A stretch of 64,000 nt of DNA. It comes from Tardiphaga sp. Its GTDB lineage: Bacteria; Pseudomonadota; Alphaproteobacteria; Rhizobiales; Xanthobacteraceae. Positions within the stretch are counted from its first letter, which is position 1, and each line of letters begins with the position of its first letter. The position numbers were made by a program, and so were the translations under genes. The DNA lies in NCBI RefSeq assembly GCF_044340795.1, contig NZ_JBIISY010000003.1, positions 1,471-65,470 on the forward strand. The letters run 5' to 3'. Shown here in pieces: positions 10,821 to 20,895 of the stretch. The notes under the pieces are model-generated. The model was not told where the DNA came from. It saw only the letters and a program-made list of their open reading frames with translations, and searched no databases.

Positions 10821-13222
10821 AATTCTCCCTCTCCTGGCTGAAGGATCATCTCGACACCGACGCCACACTCGATCAGTTGAGCGAAAAGCTCACCATGATC
10901 GGGCTCGAGGTCGAGCATATCGAGGACAAGGCAAAACTGCTGGCGCCGTTCACGATCGCCGAGATCGTGGAAGCCGTGCAGCACCCCAATGCTGATCGCC
11001 TGCGCGTCTGCACCGTCAATGCCGGTGAAGACAAGCCGCTGCAGATTGTCTGCGGTGCGCCGAATGCGCGTGCGGGGCTGAAGACGGTGTTGGCTCGTCC
11101 CGGCACCTATATTCCGGGCAAGGATTTCACCATTGGCCTCGGCAATATCCGCGGTGTCGAAAGCCAGGGCATGCTGTGCTCGGCCGGTGAACTCGGCCTG
11201 CCCGATGCGATCGATGGCATCATCGAGCTGCCGGCCGATGCGCCGGTTGGCGCGGTGTATCCGGACTGGGCCAAGCTTGGCGATCCCGTCATCGAGATCA
11301 ACCTGACGCCGAACCGCCAGGATTGCACCGGCGTCGCCGGCATCGCGCGCGATCTTGCGGCGGCCGATACGGGCACCTTCAAGAATCCCGGCATCAAGCC
11401 GATCAAGGGTGAATTCCCCTGCCCGGTGAAAGTGACGGTCGAAGACAGCAAGCTGTGTCCGGGTTTTGCGCTGCGCCTCGTGCGTGGCGTCAAGAACGGC
11501 CCGTCGCCGGAATGGCTGCAGAAGAAGCTGACCTCCATCGGCCTGCGTCCGATCAATGCGCTGGTCGACATCACCAACTACCTGACCTTCGACCGCGCGC
11601 GCCCGCTGCATGTGTTCGACGCCGCCAAGGTGAAAGGCGACCTCGTCGTCCGTCGTGCGAAGGATGGCGAGACGCTGACCGCGCTCGATGGCAAAACCTA
11701 CAAGCTCGACGACAAGATCTGCGTCATTGCCGATGAGCATGGCGTCGAATCGCTGGCCGGCATCATGGGCGGCGAGGCCTCGGGTTGCTCCGACGACACC
11801 ACCGATGTGCTGATCGAATCCGCGCTGTGGAACGAGATCAACATCGCCCACACCGGCCGCAAGCTCGGCATCAATTCGGACGCACGCTATCGCTTCGAGC
11901 GCGGCGTCGATCCCGTCTTCATGGTGCCCGGCCTCGAACTCGCCACCAAGCTGGTGATGGAGCTCTGTGGCGGCACGCCGTCGGAAAGCATCGTGGTCGG
12001 CAAGACCTATGGCGACGATCGCCTGATCGATTTTCCGATCGCGGAAGTGAAGCGCCTCGCGGCCATCGACGTCCCATTCCCGGAAATGCGGATGATCCTC
12101 AACCGGCTCGGCTTCTCCGTCGCCGGCAATGGTCCCGTGGTGAAGGTCGCTGTACCGTCATGGCGCATGGACGTCACGGGGAAAGCCGACATCGTCGAGG
12201 AAATCATGCGCATTGTCGGCGTCGACAAGGTGCCGCTGACGCCGTTCCCGCGCGGCGATGCGCAGCGCAAGCCTGTGCTGACCCAGATCCAGCAGCGGAC
12301 CCGTCGCGCCAAGCGCGGCCTGGCCGCGCGCGGCCTCGTCGAGGCTGTCACCTGGTCGTTCATCTCCAAGCCGCACGCCGAAGTGTTCGGTGGCGGCAAG
12401 CCCGAACTCGCGCTCGCCAATCCGATCGCAGCCGATCTCTCCGACATGCGGCCAAGCCTGCTGCCGGGCCTGATCGCGGTGGCGCAGGCCAATGCGCATC
12501 GCGGCTCGTCCGATATCGCGCTGTTCGAAGTCGGCCAGGTCTTCAAGGGCGATCGTCCGCAGGATCAGTTCATGGCCGCCGCGGGCGTGCGTCGTGGCCT
12601 CGCTTCTTCAAATGGCACCGGCCGTCACTGGACCGGCGCCAGCGCCGCCAACGCGCTTGATGCCAAGGCCGACGCATTCGCGGTGCTCGCGGCTGCGGGC
12701 GCGCCGATGCAAGCGCTGCAAATCGTTCCCGGCGGCGCCGACTGGCTGCATCCCGGCCGTTCAGGCACCATCCAGATCGGGCCGCAGAACATTCTCGGCT
12801 ATTTCGGCGAATTGCATCCGCGCACGCTGGAAGCACTCGGGGCCGATGGTCCGCTGCTGGCCTTCGAAGTGATCCTCGATCGCATTCCGGATGCCAAGCA
12901 GAAGGCAACCCGCGCAAAACCGCTGCTGGAGCTCTCCGCGTTCCAGCCGGTGTCGCGCGATTTCGCCTTCATCGTGGATCGCAAGGTGAAGTCCGGCGAT
13001 ATCGTCAAGGCTGCGGCTGGCATCGACAAGAAGCTGGTCACCGGGGTCACCGTGTTCGACGTCTACGAAGGCAAGGGCATCGACGACGACAAGAAGTCGG
13101 TGGCCATCGCCGTGACCATCCAGCCGCGCGAAAAGACGCTCACCGATCAGGAGATCGAGGCAGTGGCGGCGAAAATCGTGGCTGAAGTGACCAAGAAGAC
13201 GAGCGGCATGTTGCGCGCATGA
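10817..13222 (+). CDS. pheT: Phenylalanine-tRNA ligase beta subunit
   Basis: [36 protein letters not shown]-terminus. Confidence 0.97.
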   Translation: MKFSLSWLKDHLDTDATLDQLSEKLTMIGLEVEHIEDKAKLLAPFTIAEIVEAVQHPNADRLRVCTVNAGEDKPLQIVCGAPNARAGLKTVLARPGTYIPGKDFTIGLGNIRGVESQGMLCSAGELGLPDAIDGIIELPADAPVGAVYPDWAKLGDPVIEINLTPNRQDCTGVAGIARDLAAADTGTFKNPGIKPIKGEFPCPVKVTVEDSKLCPGFALRLVRGVKNGPSPEWLQKKLTSIGLRPINALVDITNYLTFDRARPLHVFDAAKVKGDLVVRRAKDGETLTALDGKTYKLDDKICVIADEHGVESLAGIMGGEASGCSDDTTDVLIESALWNEINIAHTGRKLGINSDARYRFERGVDPVFMVPGLELATKLVMELCGGTPSESIVVGKTYGDDRLIDFPIAEVKRLAAIDVPFPEMRMILNRLGFSVAGNGPVVKVAVPSWRMDVTGKADIVEEIMRIVGVDKVPLTPFPRGDAQRKPVLTQIQQRTRRAKRGLAARGLVEAVTWSFISKPHAEVFGGGKPELALANPIAADLSDMRPSLLPGLIAVAQANAHRGSSDIALFEVGQVFKGDRPQDQFMAAAGVRRGLASSNGTGRHWTGASAANALDAKADAFAVLAAAGAPMQALQIVPGGADWLHPGRSGTIQIGPQNILGYFGELHPRTLEALGADGPLLAFEVILDRIPDAKQKATRAKPLLELSAFQPVSRDFAFIVDRKVKSGDIVKAAAGIDKKLVTGVTVFDVYEGKGIDDDKKSVAIAVTIQPREKTLTDQEIEAVAAKIVAEVTKKTSGMLRA

Positions 13223-13986
13223 TCGAGACTCTCGGTCTCGCGCAATATTCCACGACCTCGCTCGTCATTCTCATCGTCACTGCTTTCATCGCCGGCCTCG
13301 CACGCGGATTTTCCGGGTTCGGGTCGGCGCTGATCTTCATGCCGCTGGCTTCCAGCGTGATCGGCGCACAACTGGCTTCACCCTTATTGTTGCTGATCGA
13401 CTTTCTGACCACGCTGACCCTGATCCCCAACGCGGCGAAACGCGCCGACAAGCGCGATGTCAGCATCATCTCCATCGGCGCACTGATCGGGATTCCGCTC
13501 GGCACTATGGTGCTCGCGCTCGCCGATCCGCTTCTCGTGCGGTGGATCATCGCGTTGCTGATCATCTCGCTGCTGGTGCTGCTGATGTCCGGCTGGCGTT
13601 TTCACGGCCAGCCAACGGTGCCGCTCACCATCTCCGTTGGCTTCACCGGCGGTTTCTTCGGCGGCCTTGCGCAGGCCGGCGGACCGCCTGTCGTCCTGTA
13701 CTGGCTGCGCGAAGCCGCGGTCGCTGCCGTCACGCGCGCCAACATCATCCTCTATTTCGCCATCGGTGATGTGCTGATCGTGATCAGCTACTTCTTCGGC
13801 GGCCTCTGGACGACGACGGTCGTCGGCCTCGCCGTCATCACCGGGCCGCTATTCGGGCTTGGCCTGTCGATCGGCTCGAAATTGTTCGGCGTCGCGAGCG
13901 ACGAGACATTCCGGCGGATCTGTTATGCGTTGATCGCCGTTTCGGCGGTGGTCGGCTTGCCGCTGTTCGACGGCCTGTTCCGCTAA
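13219..13986 (+). CDS. TauE/SafE sulfite exporter family protein
   Basis: [17 protein letters not shown] motif, about 8 TM helices. Confidence 0.85.
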   Translation: MIETLGLAQYSTTSLVILIVTAFIAGLARGFSGFGSALIFMPLASSVIGAQLASPLLLLIDFLTTLTLIPNAAKRADKRDVSIISIGALIGIPLGTMVLALADPLLVRWIIALLIISLLVLLMSGWRFHGQPTVPLTISVGFTGGFFGGLAQAGGPPVVLYWLREAAVAAVTRANIILYFAIGDVLIVISYFFGGLWTTTVVGLAVITGPLFGLGLSIGSKLFGVASDETFRRICYALIAVSAVVGLPLFDGLFR

Positions 13987-15416
13987 TTCGCGCCAAACCC
14001 GCTTGCATTGCTCGATTGTGGAGCCGTGCGGCGCTTTTGCTTCTTCACCGGCTTCGGTTCCGTTTCAGGCTCCTTGACCGCGCCGATCTTCTTCAGCGCG
14101 GCGTCCGCAGCGCGCTCACCGGTTTCCCAGGCGCCATCGACGGTGCCCCACAGGGTCTCATGCGTCGCTTCGCCGGCCATGAAGAGACTGCCCATGGGCT
14201 CCGCCAGCACGCGACGCGAAGTCTGGCCGCCCGGTGCTGCCGCCGACATCGCGCCGAGGATGAAGGGCGATGTATCCCAGCGCGTCACCTTGCTGCGCTG
14301 GATCGCATTCTTCACGTCGCTGCCGAACAGCTTTGTCAGCCACTCCGTCGCAAAGCCTGTCATCGCGGCTTCGCCCTGGGCCGCAAGGCTGCGGCCGAAC
14401 GAGCCTGCCACATCGATCGTGCAGAGCGAGGAGCCACCGATATTGGCGAACAATGCGCCGGTGCGCGTCGTCATGCTCTGCTCGATCATCAATTCATCAC
14501 GGCCAAGCCCGAGCGGATTGCCCTTCAGCTCGAGCGCGATGCGGTCGTAACTGCCAAGCGTGAGTTTGGCCGCCGCATCGAGCTGTCGCTTCGGCAGCTC
14601 CGGCGAGAACTTGATCGCCCCGGAATTCAGCACATTGCTCGACACCGTCACGATCACCGCACGCGCCGCCACGCGACCTGCCGGCGTCTCGACGCCGACA
14701 TCGCGGCCGCTCCATGTCACGCGTGTTGCCGGTGTCGACAGCACGACCGGCACGCCTTCACCAAGCTTGCCCATCAGTGCGCCGAGGCCCTGCCGAGTTG
14801 CGACCGAAATCGCGCGATCCTCCGAGCGTGACTGATCGAGCGCTGAGAGGTCCTTCAAATCCTTGCCGGTCGCGTAGGCGCCGAGCGCGAAATCGACCGT
14901 GCCGGACCAGTCGCCGAGGTCCTTCGGCAGAACGGACGCGCAGGACATATCGCCGCGGCGCGCAGCCTCATCGATGGCGCGGGTGGCGCGCACAAAAGTG
15001 GCGAGCAGCTCTTCGGTTTCCGCAGCGCGCGCGTTGCGGCGGCCGATGCGCAGTTTCTGGCTCGGTGAGGGTGCGACATCAATGCCGGCGCCGCGCGCGA
15101 GCTTGACCAACACATTGGACTCGGGCGTATGCAGCCAGCGCGCACCGAGATCGAGCGGCACATCGAAGGTTGCGCTATCCGTCGCACAGCGACCGCCGAT
15201 TTGCGCGGATGCCTCCAGCACGATGACTTTGCGCCCCGCAGCCTGAACGCGCCGCGCCGCTGCGATACCCGCAGCACCCGCGCCAATCACCACCACATCG
15301 GCATCGCGCGGCAATGCCGCAGCCCTCGCCCTTGCGCCGGGCCATGATGCAAACGTGAATGGCACAAGCGTCAATCCAGCCGACGCCGATAGAAATGCGC
15401 GGCGTGAGAAAGTCAT
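13983..15416 (-). CDS. Flavin-containing amine oxidoreductase with Tat signal
   Basis: SRRAFL; VVVIGAGAAG dinucleotide fold; DLGARW; FMAGEAT. Confidence 0.88.
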   Translation of the reverse strand: MTFSRRAFLSASAGLTLVPFTFASWPGARARAAALPRDADVVVIGAGAAGIAAARRVQAAGRKVIVLEASAQIGGRCATDSATFDVPLDLGARWLHTPESNVLVKLARGAGIDVAPSPSQKLRIGRRNARAAETEELLATFVRATRAIDEAARRGDMSCASVLPKDLGDWSGTVDFALGAYATGKDLKDLSALDQSRSEDRAISVATRQGLGALMGKLGEGVPVVLSTPATRVTWSGRDVGVETPAGRVAARAVIVTVSSNVLNSGAIKFSPELPKRQLDAAAKLTLGSYDRIALELKGNPLGLGRDELMIEQSMTTRTGALFANIGGSSLCTIDVAGSFGRSLAAQGEAAMTGFATEWLTKLFGSDVKNAIQRSKVTRWDTSPFILGAMSAAAPGGQTSRRVLAEPMGSLFMAGEATHETLWGTVDGAWETGERAADAALKKIGAVKEPETEPKPVKKQKRRTAPQSSNASGFGAN

Positions 15417-15610
15417 GGCATGGTTTCCGAAAGTGTACTGAGCATGAGAACGTCCCGCGAACCTTGCAGCATTCGCCTGCCTGCAGCAACCCTCATGGTG
15501 AATCGCACGTTTATGCCGGAGCTCACCCATGAACCAAATTGCAATGGCTGGCGTCCATGATGGAGACAGGGACAAAGCGGTCGATACGAACCGCAACCGG
15601 GGTCAACGTC

Positions 15611-16501
15611 ATGGGCATCATGCTCGATACGGTCGGGAAACTGATCGCAAAATATCTGCAGAAGGAAGTGCCGGGCTACGAGCCGTTCACGCCCAGCGAC
15701 CCCGAACGCCTGCATGACATTATCCGGGAAGGCGATGTGCTGCTGGTCGAAGGCAACAACCGCGTGTCCGGCATCATCAAATATCTTACCCAGTCGACCT
15801 GGTCACATGCCGCGCTCTATGTCGGGCCGATCGATGGCGCGGTGGAGCCGAATGGCGAACCGCATGTATTGATCGAGGCCAATATCGGCGAGGGCGTCAC
15901 GACCGCGCCGCTGTCGAAATATTTCTCGTTTCATACGCGGCTTTGTCGGCCGGTCGGCCTTTCCTATGAAGATCGCACCACGGTGTGCCGCTATGCGATC
16001 AATCGCGTCGGCTTCGGCTACGACACCAAGAACATCATCGATCTGATGCGCTTTCTCATTCCGCTGCCGATTCCGCAGCGCTGGCGCCGGCGCATGATCG
16101 CGATTGGCTCCGGCGATCCGACAAAAATCATCTGCTCTGCGCTGATCGCGCAGGCCTTCGAGGCGGTGCGCTATCCGATCCTGCCGAAGATCACGCGCGC
16201 CGGCAGTCGGCAGGCACGGCGCGAGATCCTGCATATCCGGCATTCGTCACTCTACATGCCGCGTGACTTCGATATCTCGCCTTATTTCGAAGTCGTGAAG
16301 CCGACCATCGAGCTCGGCTTCGACTACACATCATTGCATTGGGCCGACAAGCCGAAGCCGCTCCGGGAGGTGGCGGGCTCCACTGACCCATTTCCAGGGC
16401 GGGTCGATTTTCCCGGACAAACCGCGCCCGCGCAGTTCGCGGCTGAAACCGCTGGGCAAGCGACGACGCTGGATCAGGAAGGGTTGAGGGCGGTTGCGTA
16501 G
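15611..16501 (+). CDS. Permuted papain-like NlpC/P60 (YiiX/YebB-like) hydrolase
   Basis: GDVLL, WSHAALY, IICSALIAQAF. Confidence 0.8.
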   Translation: MGIMLDTVGKLIAKYLQKEVPGYEPFTPSDPERLHDIIREGDVLLVEGNNRVSGIIKYLTQSTWSHAALYVGPIDGAVEPNGEPHVLIEANIGEGVTTAPLSKYFSFHTRLCRPVGLSYEDRTTVCRYAINRVGFGYDTKNIIDLMRFLIPLPIPQRWRRRMIAIGSGDPTKIICSALIAQAFEAVRYPILPKITRAGSRQARREILHIRHSSLYMPRDFDISPYFEVVKPTIELGFDYTSLHWADKPKPLREVAGSTDPFPGRVDFPGQTAPAQFAAETAGQATTLDQEGLRAVA

Positions 16502-16507
16502 CTATTC

Positions 16508-17389
16508 CTACGACTTCACCGCTCCCGCCGTCAGTCCACCCACCATGTAACGCCGGAAGGCGTAGTAAACCGCAGCCGGCGGCAGCGCATAGATGAAGCC
16601 GGTGGTCATCAGCAATTCCCATGGCGAGTCGTCAGCGGCGAGGAAATTGCCGAGCGCCACCGGCAGCGTGATCTCGGTGTCCTTCGACAGCAGCAGGAAT
16701 GCATAGAGATATTCGTTCCAGGCCAGCAGCAGCGCGTATGTGCCCACGGCCACCAGCGAGGGCAGCATCAAGGGCACATAGACCATGCGAAACAGCTGCA
16801 GCGGCGTGGCGCCATCCATGATCGCGGCTTCATCCAGCTCTACAGGCAGCTTGTCGGACGCCTGTTTCAGCACCCAGATCGCGTAAGGCGAGGCGATAGT
16901 GACCATCGCCAGGATCAGCGACCAGTGATTGTTGAGCAGGCCGTAATTGCCCATGGTGCGATACATAGGCACCGCAAGGAATGCCGCGGGGATGAAGTAG
17001 GTGAACAAGGCCAGATTCATCACTGTGCGACCGCCGCGGATGCGCAGGCGGGAGATGGCAAAGGCCGCCAGCGTCGCGATAATCAGCGTAATCACGCCGG
17101 CAGCGATGGCGATCACCACCGAATTGCCGAACTGCACCCAGAAATCACGCAGAAAGTAATGCTGCTGATTGAAGACAATGCGAAAGTTCTGCAGCGTCGG
17201 ATGATCGGGCCACAGCTTGCCGGCAAAGGCATCCTGCTTCGGCGAGATCGCGAACAGGAACATGTGGTAGATCGGGATCAGCGTCCAGATCAGCACGGGA
17301 ATGCCGATCAGCAGGAGCTTTGCTTCATTTCCGATCTCGCGCAGCGTGGGCATGCGCAGGGTCGAGGCCTTGACCGCTTCGGCCTTCAT
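16508..17389 (-). CDS. Carbohydrate ABC transporter permease
   Basis: ELDEAAIMDGAT EAA loop, LLAWNEY; ATG overlaps the stop of the upstream permease. Confidence 0.9.
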   Translation of the reverse strand: MKAEAVKASTLRMPTLREIGNEAKLLLIGIPVLIWTLIPIYHMFLFAISPKQDAFAGKLWPDHPTLQNFRIVFNQQHYFLRDFWVQFGNSVVIAIAAGVITLIIATLAAFAISRLRIRGGRTVMNLALFTYFIPAAFLAVPMYRTMGNYGLLNNHWSLILAMVTIASPYAIWVLKQASDKLPVELDEAAIMDGATPLQLFRMVYVPLMLPSLVAVGTYALLLAWNEYLYAFLLLSKDTEITLPVALGNFLAADDSPWELLMTTGFIYALPPAAVYYAFRRYMVGGLTAGAVKS

Positions 17390-18258
17390 CGCGACAGCCT
17401 CTTCATCATGAAATAGACCAGCGGCAACACCAGCGGCATCGCGCAGACGATGGAGGCCATGGCCAGGTCGAGCTGGTCGAGACGGAGATAGCGGATGCCG
17501 AGCGTCGACAGCACATGGGTGAGATCGGCCGGGCCGCCGCCGGTGAGCAGATAGACGCTGTTGAAATCGCCGAGCGTCCAGATCATCGAGAGCAGGGTGC
17601 AGGTGAGATACAGCGTCTGCATCGACGGCCAGGTGATGAAACGGAATTTCTGCCACCAGCTGGCGCCGTCCACATCGGCGGCCTCGAACATGTCGTTGGA
17701 TATCGCAAGACGGCCGGTCATCAGGATCAGCGTCCAGAACGGCAGCGACTTCCAGATATGGACCAGTATCGCCAGCGTCAGGCCCATGGCGGGATCGTTG
17801 AGCCAGTTTGGCCCATCCTCGGCCGTGAACTTGAAGATCAGATTGTTGATCACACCCCATTCCGGATTGAACATGAAGCGGACCGACAGGATGGTCGGGA
17901 TCGACGGCACCGCCCAGGGCAGGATGAACAACACCGACAGCCAGCGAATCCAGGCGCGCGTCTGCACGAAGAAGCCGGACAGGAAGAGGGCGATCAGCAT
18001 CTTCACGTTGATGCCGATGATCAGGAAGATAAGCGTGTTGACGACGGCGCGGGCGAAGACGGGATCGTTGTAGAGCGCGACATAGCTGGCGGGATGCCGT
18101 GCCAGCCAGAGGCCATAGCTGATCGGATAGACGACGAAAGCGAGGAAGACGAGGAAATAGGGCGCGAGCATCACGATGCCCCAGACCTGCGGCGTGGAGA
18201 GCCGCGCGGAGAGGGGGCGAGAGGTGGTGGAGGGTGTGGTGTAGGTGATCGCCGTCAT
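17386..18258 (-). CDS. Carbohydrate ABC transporter permease
   Basis: MFEAADVDGASWWQKFRFITWP EAA loop. Confidence 0.9.
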   Translation of the reverse strand: MTAITYTTPSTTSRPLSARLSTPQVWGIVMLAPYFLVFLAFVVYPISYGLWLARHPASYVALYNDPVFARAVVNTLIFLIIGINVKMLIALFLSGFFVQTRAWIRWLSVLFILPWAVPSIPTILSVRFMFNPEWGVINNLIFKFTAEDGPNWLNDPAMGLTLAILVHIWKSLPFWTLILMTGRLAISNDMFEAADVDGASWWQKFRFITWPSMQTLYLTCTLLSMIWTLGDFNSVYLLTGGGPADLTHVLSTLGIRYLRLDQLDLAMASIVCAMPLVLPLVYFMMKRLSR

Positions 18259-18268
18259 GGGATTTGCC

Positions 18269-18410
18269 TGTCATTCCGGGGCGGGATCGACGCCGGAGGC
18301 GTCGGGGCCGAACCCGGAATCTCGAAGTGACGGAGCTCTGTTGAAAGCCCCCGCAGGTGATAGAGCCGAATGGGATTCCGGGTTCGCGCTACGCGCGCCC
18401 CGGAATGACG
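18269..18410. repeat. CGTC/TGTC-type REP doublet
   Basis: TGTCATTCCGGGGCG...CCCGGAATC ... GATTCCGGGTTCGCG...CCCCGGAATGACG. Confidence 0.8.
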
Positions 18411-18411
18411 G

Positions 18412-19794
18412 TCAGCCCGCGATCTCCTTGATACGCGCGATCAGCTCGTCCACGGCCTTCTCCACCGGCACCTTCTCGCTGACCACGCGGTTCATCGCCT
18501 TGGCCCAGACATTCTCGTTGTTGAGAATGGTGAACTTGTAGTTCTTGGTGAAATCGAACGGCGTCGTGCCGCCCATGAACTGGGTGTAGACCGCCTTGCG
18601 GTGCTTGTCGGCCTGCCAGAAGGCCGAGGCCTGGCCCGCTTTGGTCACCGGGAACCAGCGGCCCAGCGCGCCTTCCACATAAGGCTGCAGGTTTGCTTCC
18701 TCGAGCAGGAACTTGACGAATTCCCGCGCGCCCGCCTTGTTCTTCGATTGCGAGAAGATCATGCCGGTCTTCACATCCGAGCGATATTTGATCGGCGTGC
18801 CGTCGGGCTTCAGCGGGAAGGACGCGGTGATGATCGTGTCTTCATACGCCTTCTTGCCGGCGGCACGCTGCTCCGGCGTCAGCGTCTGGTTCTGCGAATC
18901 CTCATACCACTTCGCCGCGATCGAGATCGTGAAGTTATGGGTCATGATGATCGACCGGTTGTGGAAGGCGACATTGTTGTCGGGGTCCTTCCACGTGGTC
19001 GAGGAGGGTGGCGTGCAGCCTTTGATATACGTATCCGTATAGTCTTTCAGAGCGCCGACCAGGCCTTCCTTGACCTTCGGATCGTCCACCGTGAGCTTGC
19101 CATCGTCATCCACCAGCTTGACGTTATAGGCATCGATGAAGGTGTAAAACGACTGCAGCGAGTCCGTGGATTCCACGCCCATCGGCTGGCCGACGCCATA
19201 GGCACGGCTGCCCGACGCCTTGCGATAGGCGGGCTGTACCTTGTCGCACCAGAACGACCAATAGCCCTTCCAGTCCTTCGGAATGTCCTCGACCTTGAAG
19301 CCGGCCTGCTGGAGCATGTCGCTCCAGATCTCCACATGCATGGATTGCTGCTTCAGCGGGAAGCCGTAATAGCCCTTCTTCTTGGTCTGGCCGTTCATCA
19401 GAAAAGCCGTTTCGACCGTGTTGGGCGCGAACTTGTCCATCATCGGCTTGAGGATGTCAGTGATGTCCTCGAGCTTGCCTTCAAACGCCCATTTGCCGGA
19501 GGCCTGCACGTCATAGGTGTCGGCATAGGCAACATCGGGCGGCGTGCCGGAATCCAGCGCGGCCACCGTCTTCGGGATCATGTCCTGAATGGCGTATTGC
19601 GAGAGCTCGACCTTGATCTTGGTCTTCTCCTCGAACTTCTTGATCGCCGCCAGCAGCGACTCGTCTTCGGATTTATAGAATCCCTTGCTGAACCAGACGG
19701 TGATGCTCTGCTGCGCCAAGGCAGGCGCCGCGCTCAGAAACAGACCGGAAGCGGCAGTGGCAATCAAAAGCGCACGGGTACCCTTGCTGATCAA
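18412..19794 (-). CDS. ABC transporter sugar-binding protein
   Basis: Signal peptide; family-1 SBP pattern (GTPPDV, GKLEDITD); TTG start with GGAGG. Confidence 0.88.
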   Translation of the reverse strand: MISKGTRALLIATAASGLFLSAAPALAQQSITVWFSKGFYKSEDESLLAAIKKFEEKTKIKVELSQYAIQDMIPKTVAALDSGTPPDVAYADTYDVQASGKWAFEGKLEDITDILKPMMDKFAPNTVETAFLMNGQTKKKGYYGFPLKQQSMHVEIWSDMLQQAGFKVEDIPKDWKGYWSFWCDKVQPAYRKASGSRAYGVGQPMGVESTDSLQSFYTFIDAYNVKLVDDDGKLTVDDPKVKEGLVGALKDYTDTYIKGCTPPSSTTWKDPDNNVAFHNRSIIMTHNFTISIAAKWYEDSQNQTLTPEQRAAGKKAYEDTIITASFPLKPDGTPIKYRSDVKTGMIFSQSKNKAGAREFVKFLLEEANLQPYVEGALGRWFPVTKAGQASAFWQADKHRKAVYTQFMGGTTPFDFTKNYKFTILNNENVWAKAMNRVVSEKVPVEKAVDELIARIKEIAG

Positions 19795-19930
19795 GACGTC
19801 GTCCTCCCTGATGATTGTTTTTTGGGGAGACTAGCGCTTTCTATTTATCCGTCCAGTGAAGAAGTCGATGCTGCGCTGCACTTGTCTGACAACTTTCGAC
19901 TTGTTACGTGTTCGTGATCGCAAGGAGAGA

Positions 19931-20686
19931 ATGGGAATGCTCGCTGCTGCCGCCAAGGCGCTTTCGCAAATTCTGTCGCCACCGATGCGCAGCATCCTCT
20001 GGAAATCGATCGGCATGGCGCTGGTGTTCATCACCGTGCTGGCGATCGGCATGCAGCGCCTTCTGAACTGGGCGGCGACGGCCGGCGGCATCTGGGCCGA
20101 AGGCATGGTCGGCTCGGACTATCACAGCATGGTCACGGTGCTGACATGGATCCTGTCCATCGCGGCAGGCCTCAGCGTCGTTGCCGGCGCGATCTTCCTG
20201 ATGCCGGCGATCACGTCGCTGGTGGCAAGCTTCTTCGTCGACGATGTCGCTGACATCGTCGAGCGCGAACATTATCCGGCGGAGCGCCCGGGCACGGCAT
20301 TGCCGCTCGGCCAAGCGGTGTGGGAGGGCGGCAAGACGGCGCTGCTGACCATCGCGGTCTATCTGATCGCGCTGCCTTTCGTCTTCTTTGCCGGTATCGG
20401 CTTCATCATTTTCTTCATCGCGACGGCATGGCTGCTCGGGCGTGAATATTTCGAGCTCGCGGCGATGCGTTTCCGCTCACCCGCAGAGGCCAAGGCGATG
20501 CGACGGCAGCACGCGCCCACCGTCTTCATGGCGGGCCTGTTCATCGCGGCCTTCGTGTCGATCCCGATCGTCAATCTTGCAACCCCGCTGTTCGGCATGG
20601 CCTTCATGGTTCACATGCACAAGCGGCTGAGCGGGCCACGGCCGGAGCTGATCGAGCCGGGGCGCGCGAAGGCGCCGGTGGTTTAA
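19931..20686 (+). CDS. cysZ: CysZ/EI24-family membrane protein
   Basis: PAITSLVASFFVDDVADIVE, LGREYFEL, SIPIVNLATPLF. Confidence 0.75.
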   Translation: MGMLAAAAKALSQILSPPMRSILWKSIGMALVFITVLAIGMQRLLNWAATAGGIWAEGMVGSDYHSMVTVLTWILSIAAGLSVVAGAIFLMPAITSLVASFFVDDVADIVEREHYPAERPGTALPLGQAVWEGGKTALLTIAVYLIALPFVFFAGIGFIIFFIATAWLLGREYFELAAMRFRSPAEAKAMRRQHAPTVFMAGLFIAAFVSIPIVNLATPLFGMAFMVHMHKRLSGPRPELIEPGRAKAPVV

Positions 20687-20744
20687 TATCTTTCACTCCA
20701 CCCTCATCCTGAGAGCCTGACTGATAATTCGGTCCATACTCCAT

Positions 20745-20885
20745 CCCTCATCCTGAGGAGCCGCGCAGCGGCGTCTCGAAGGATGGCCGCAAGCTCAGAA
20801 TCCGGCCATCTCATGGTTCGAGACGGCGCTTCCGCCTTCGCTCTTCGAGCTACGGCGGACAAGTCGCGCCTCCTCACCATGAGGG
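20745..20885. repeat. CCTCATCCTGAGG-type REP doublet with nested hairpin insert
   Basis: CCCTCATCCTGAGGAG...TCTCGAAGGATGG ... CCATCTCATGGTTCGAGAC...CCTCACCATGAGGG; partial extra copy at 20701. Confidence 0.8.
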
Positions 20886-20895
20886 GTCGGAGGAC

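Noticed and set aside
16508-19794. Sugar ABC cluster lacking an ATPase
   Set aside because: Common; such transporters often use an ATPase encoded elsewhere.
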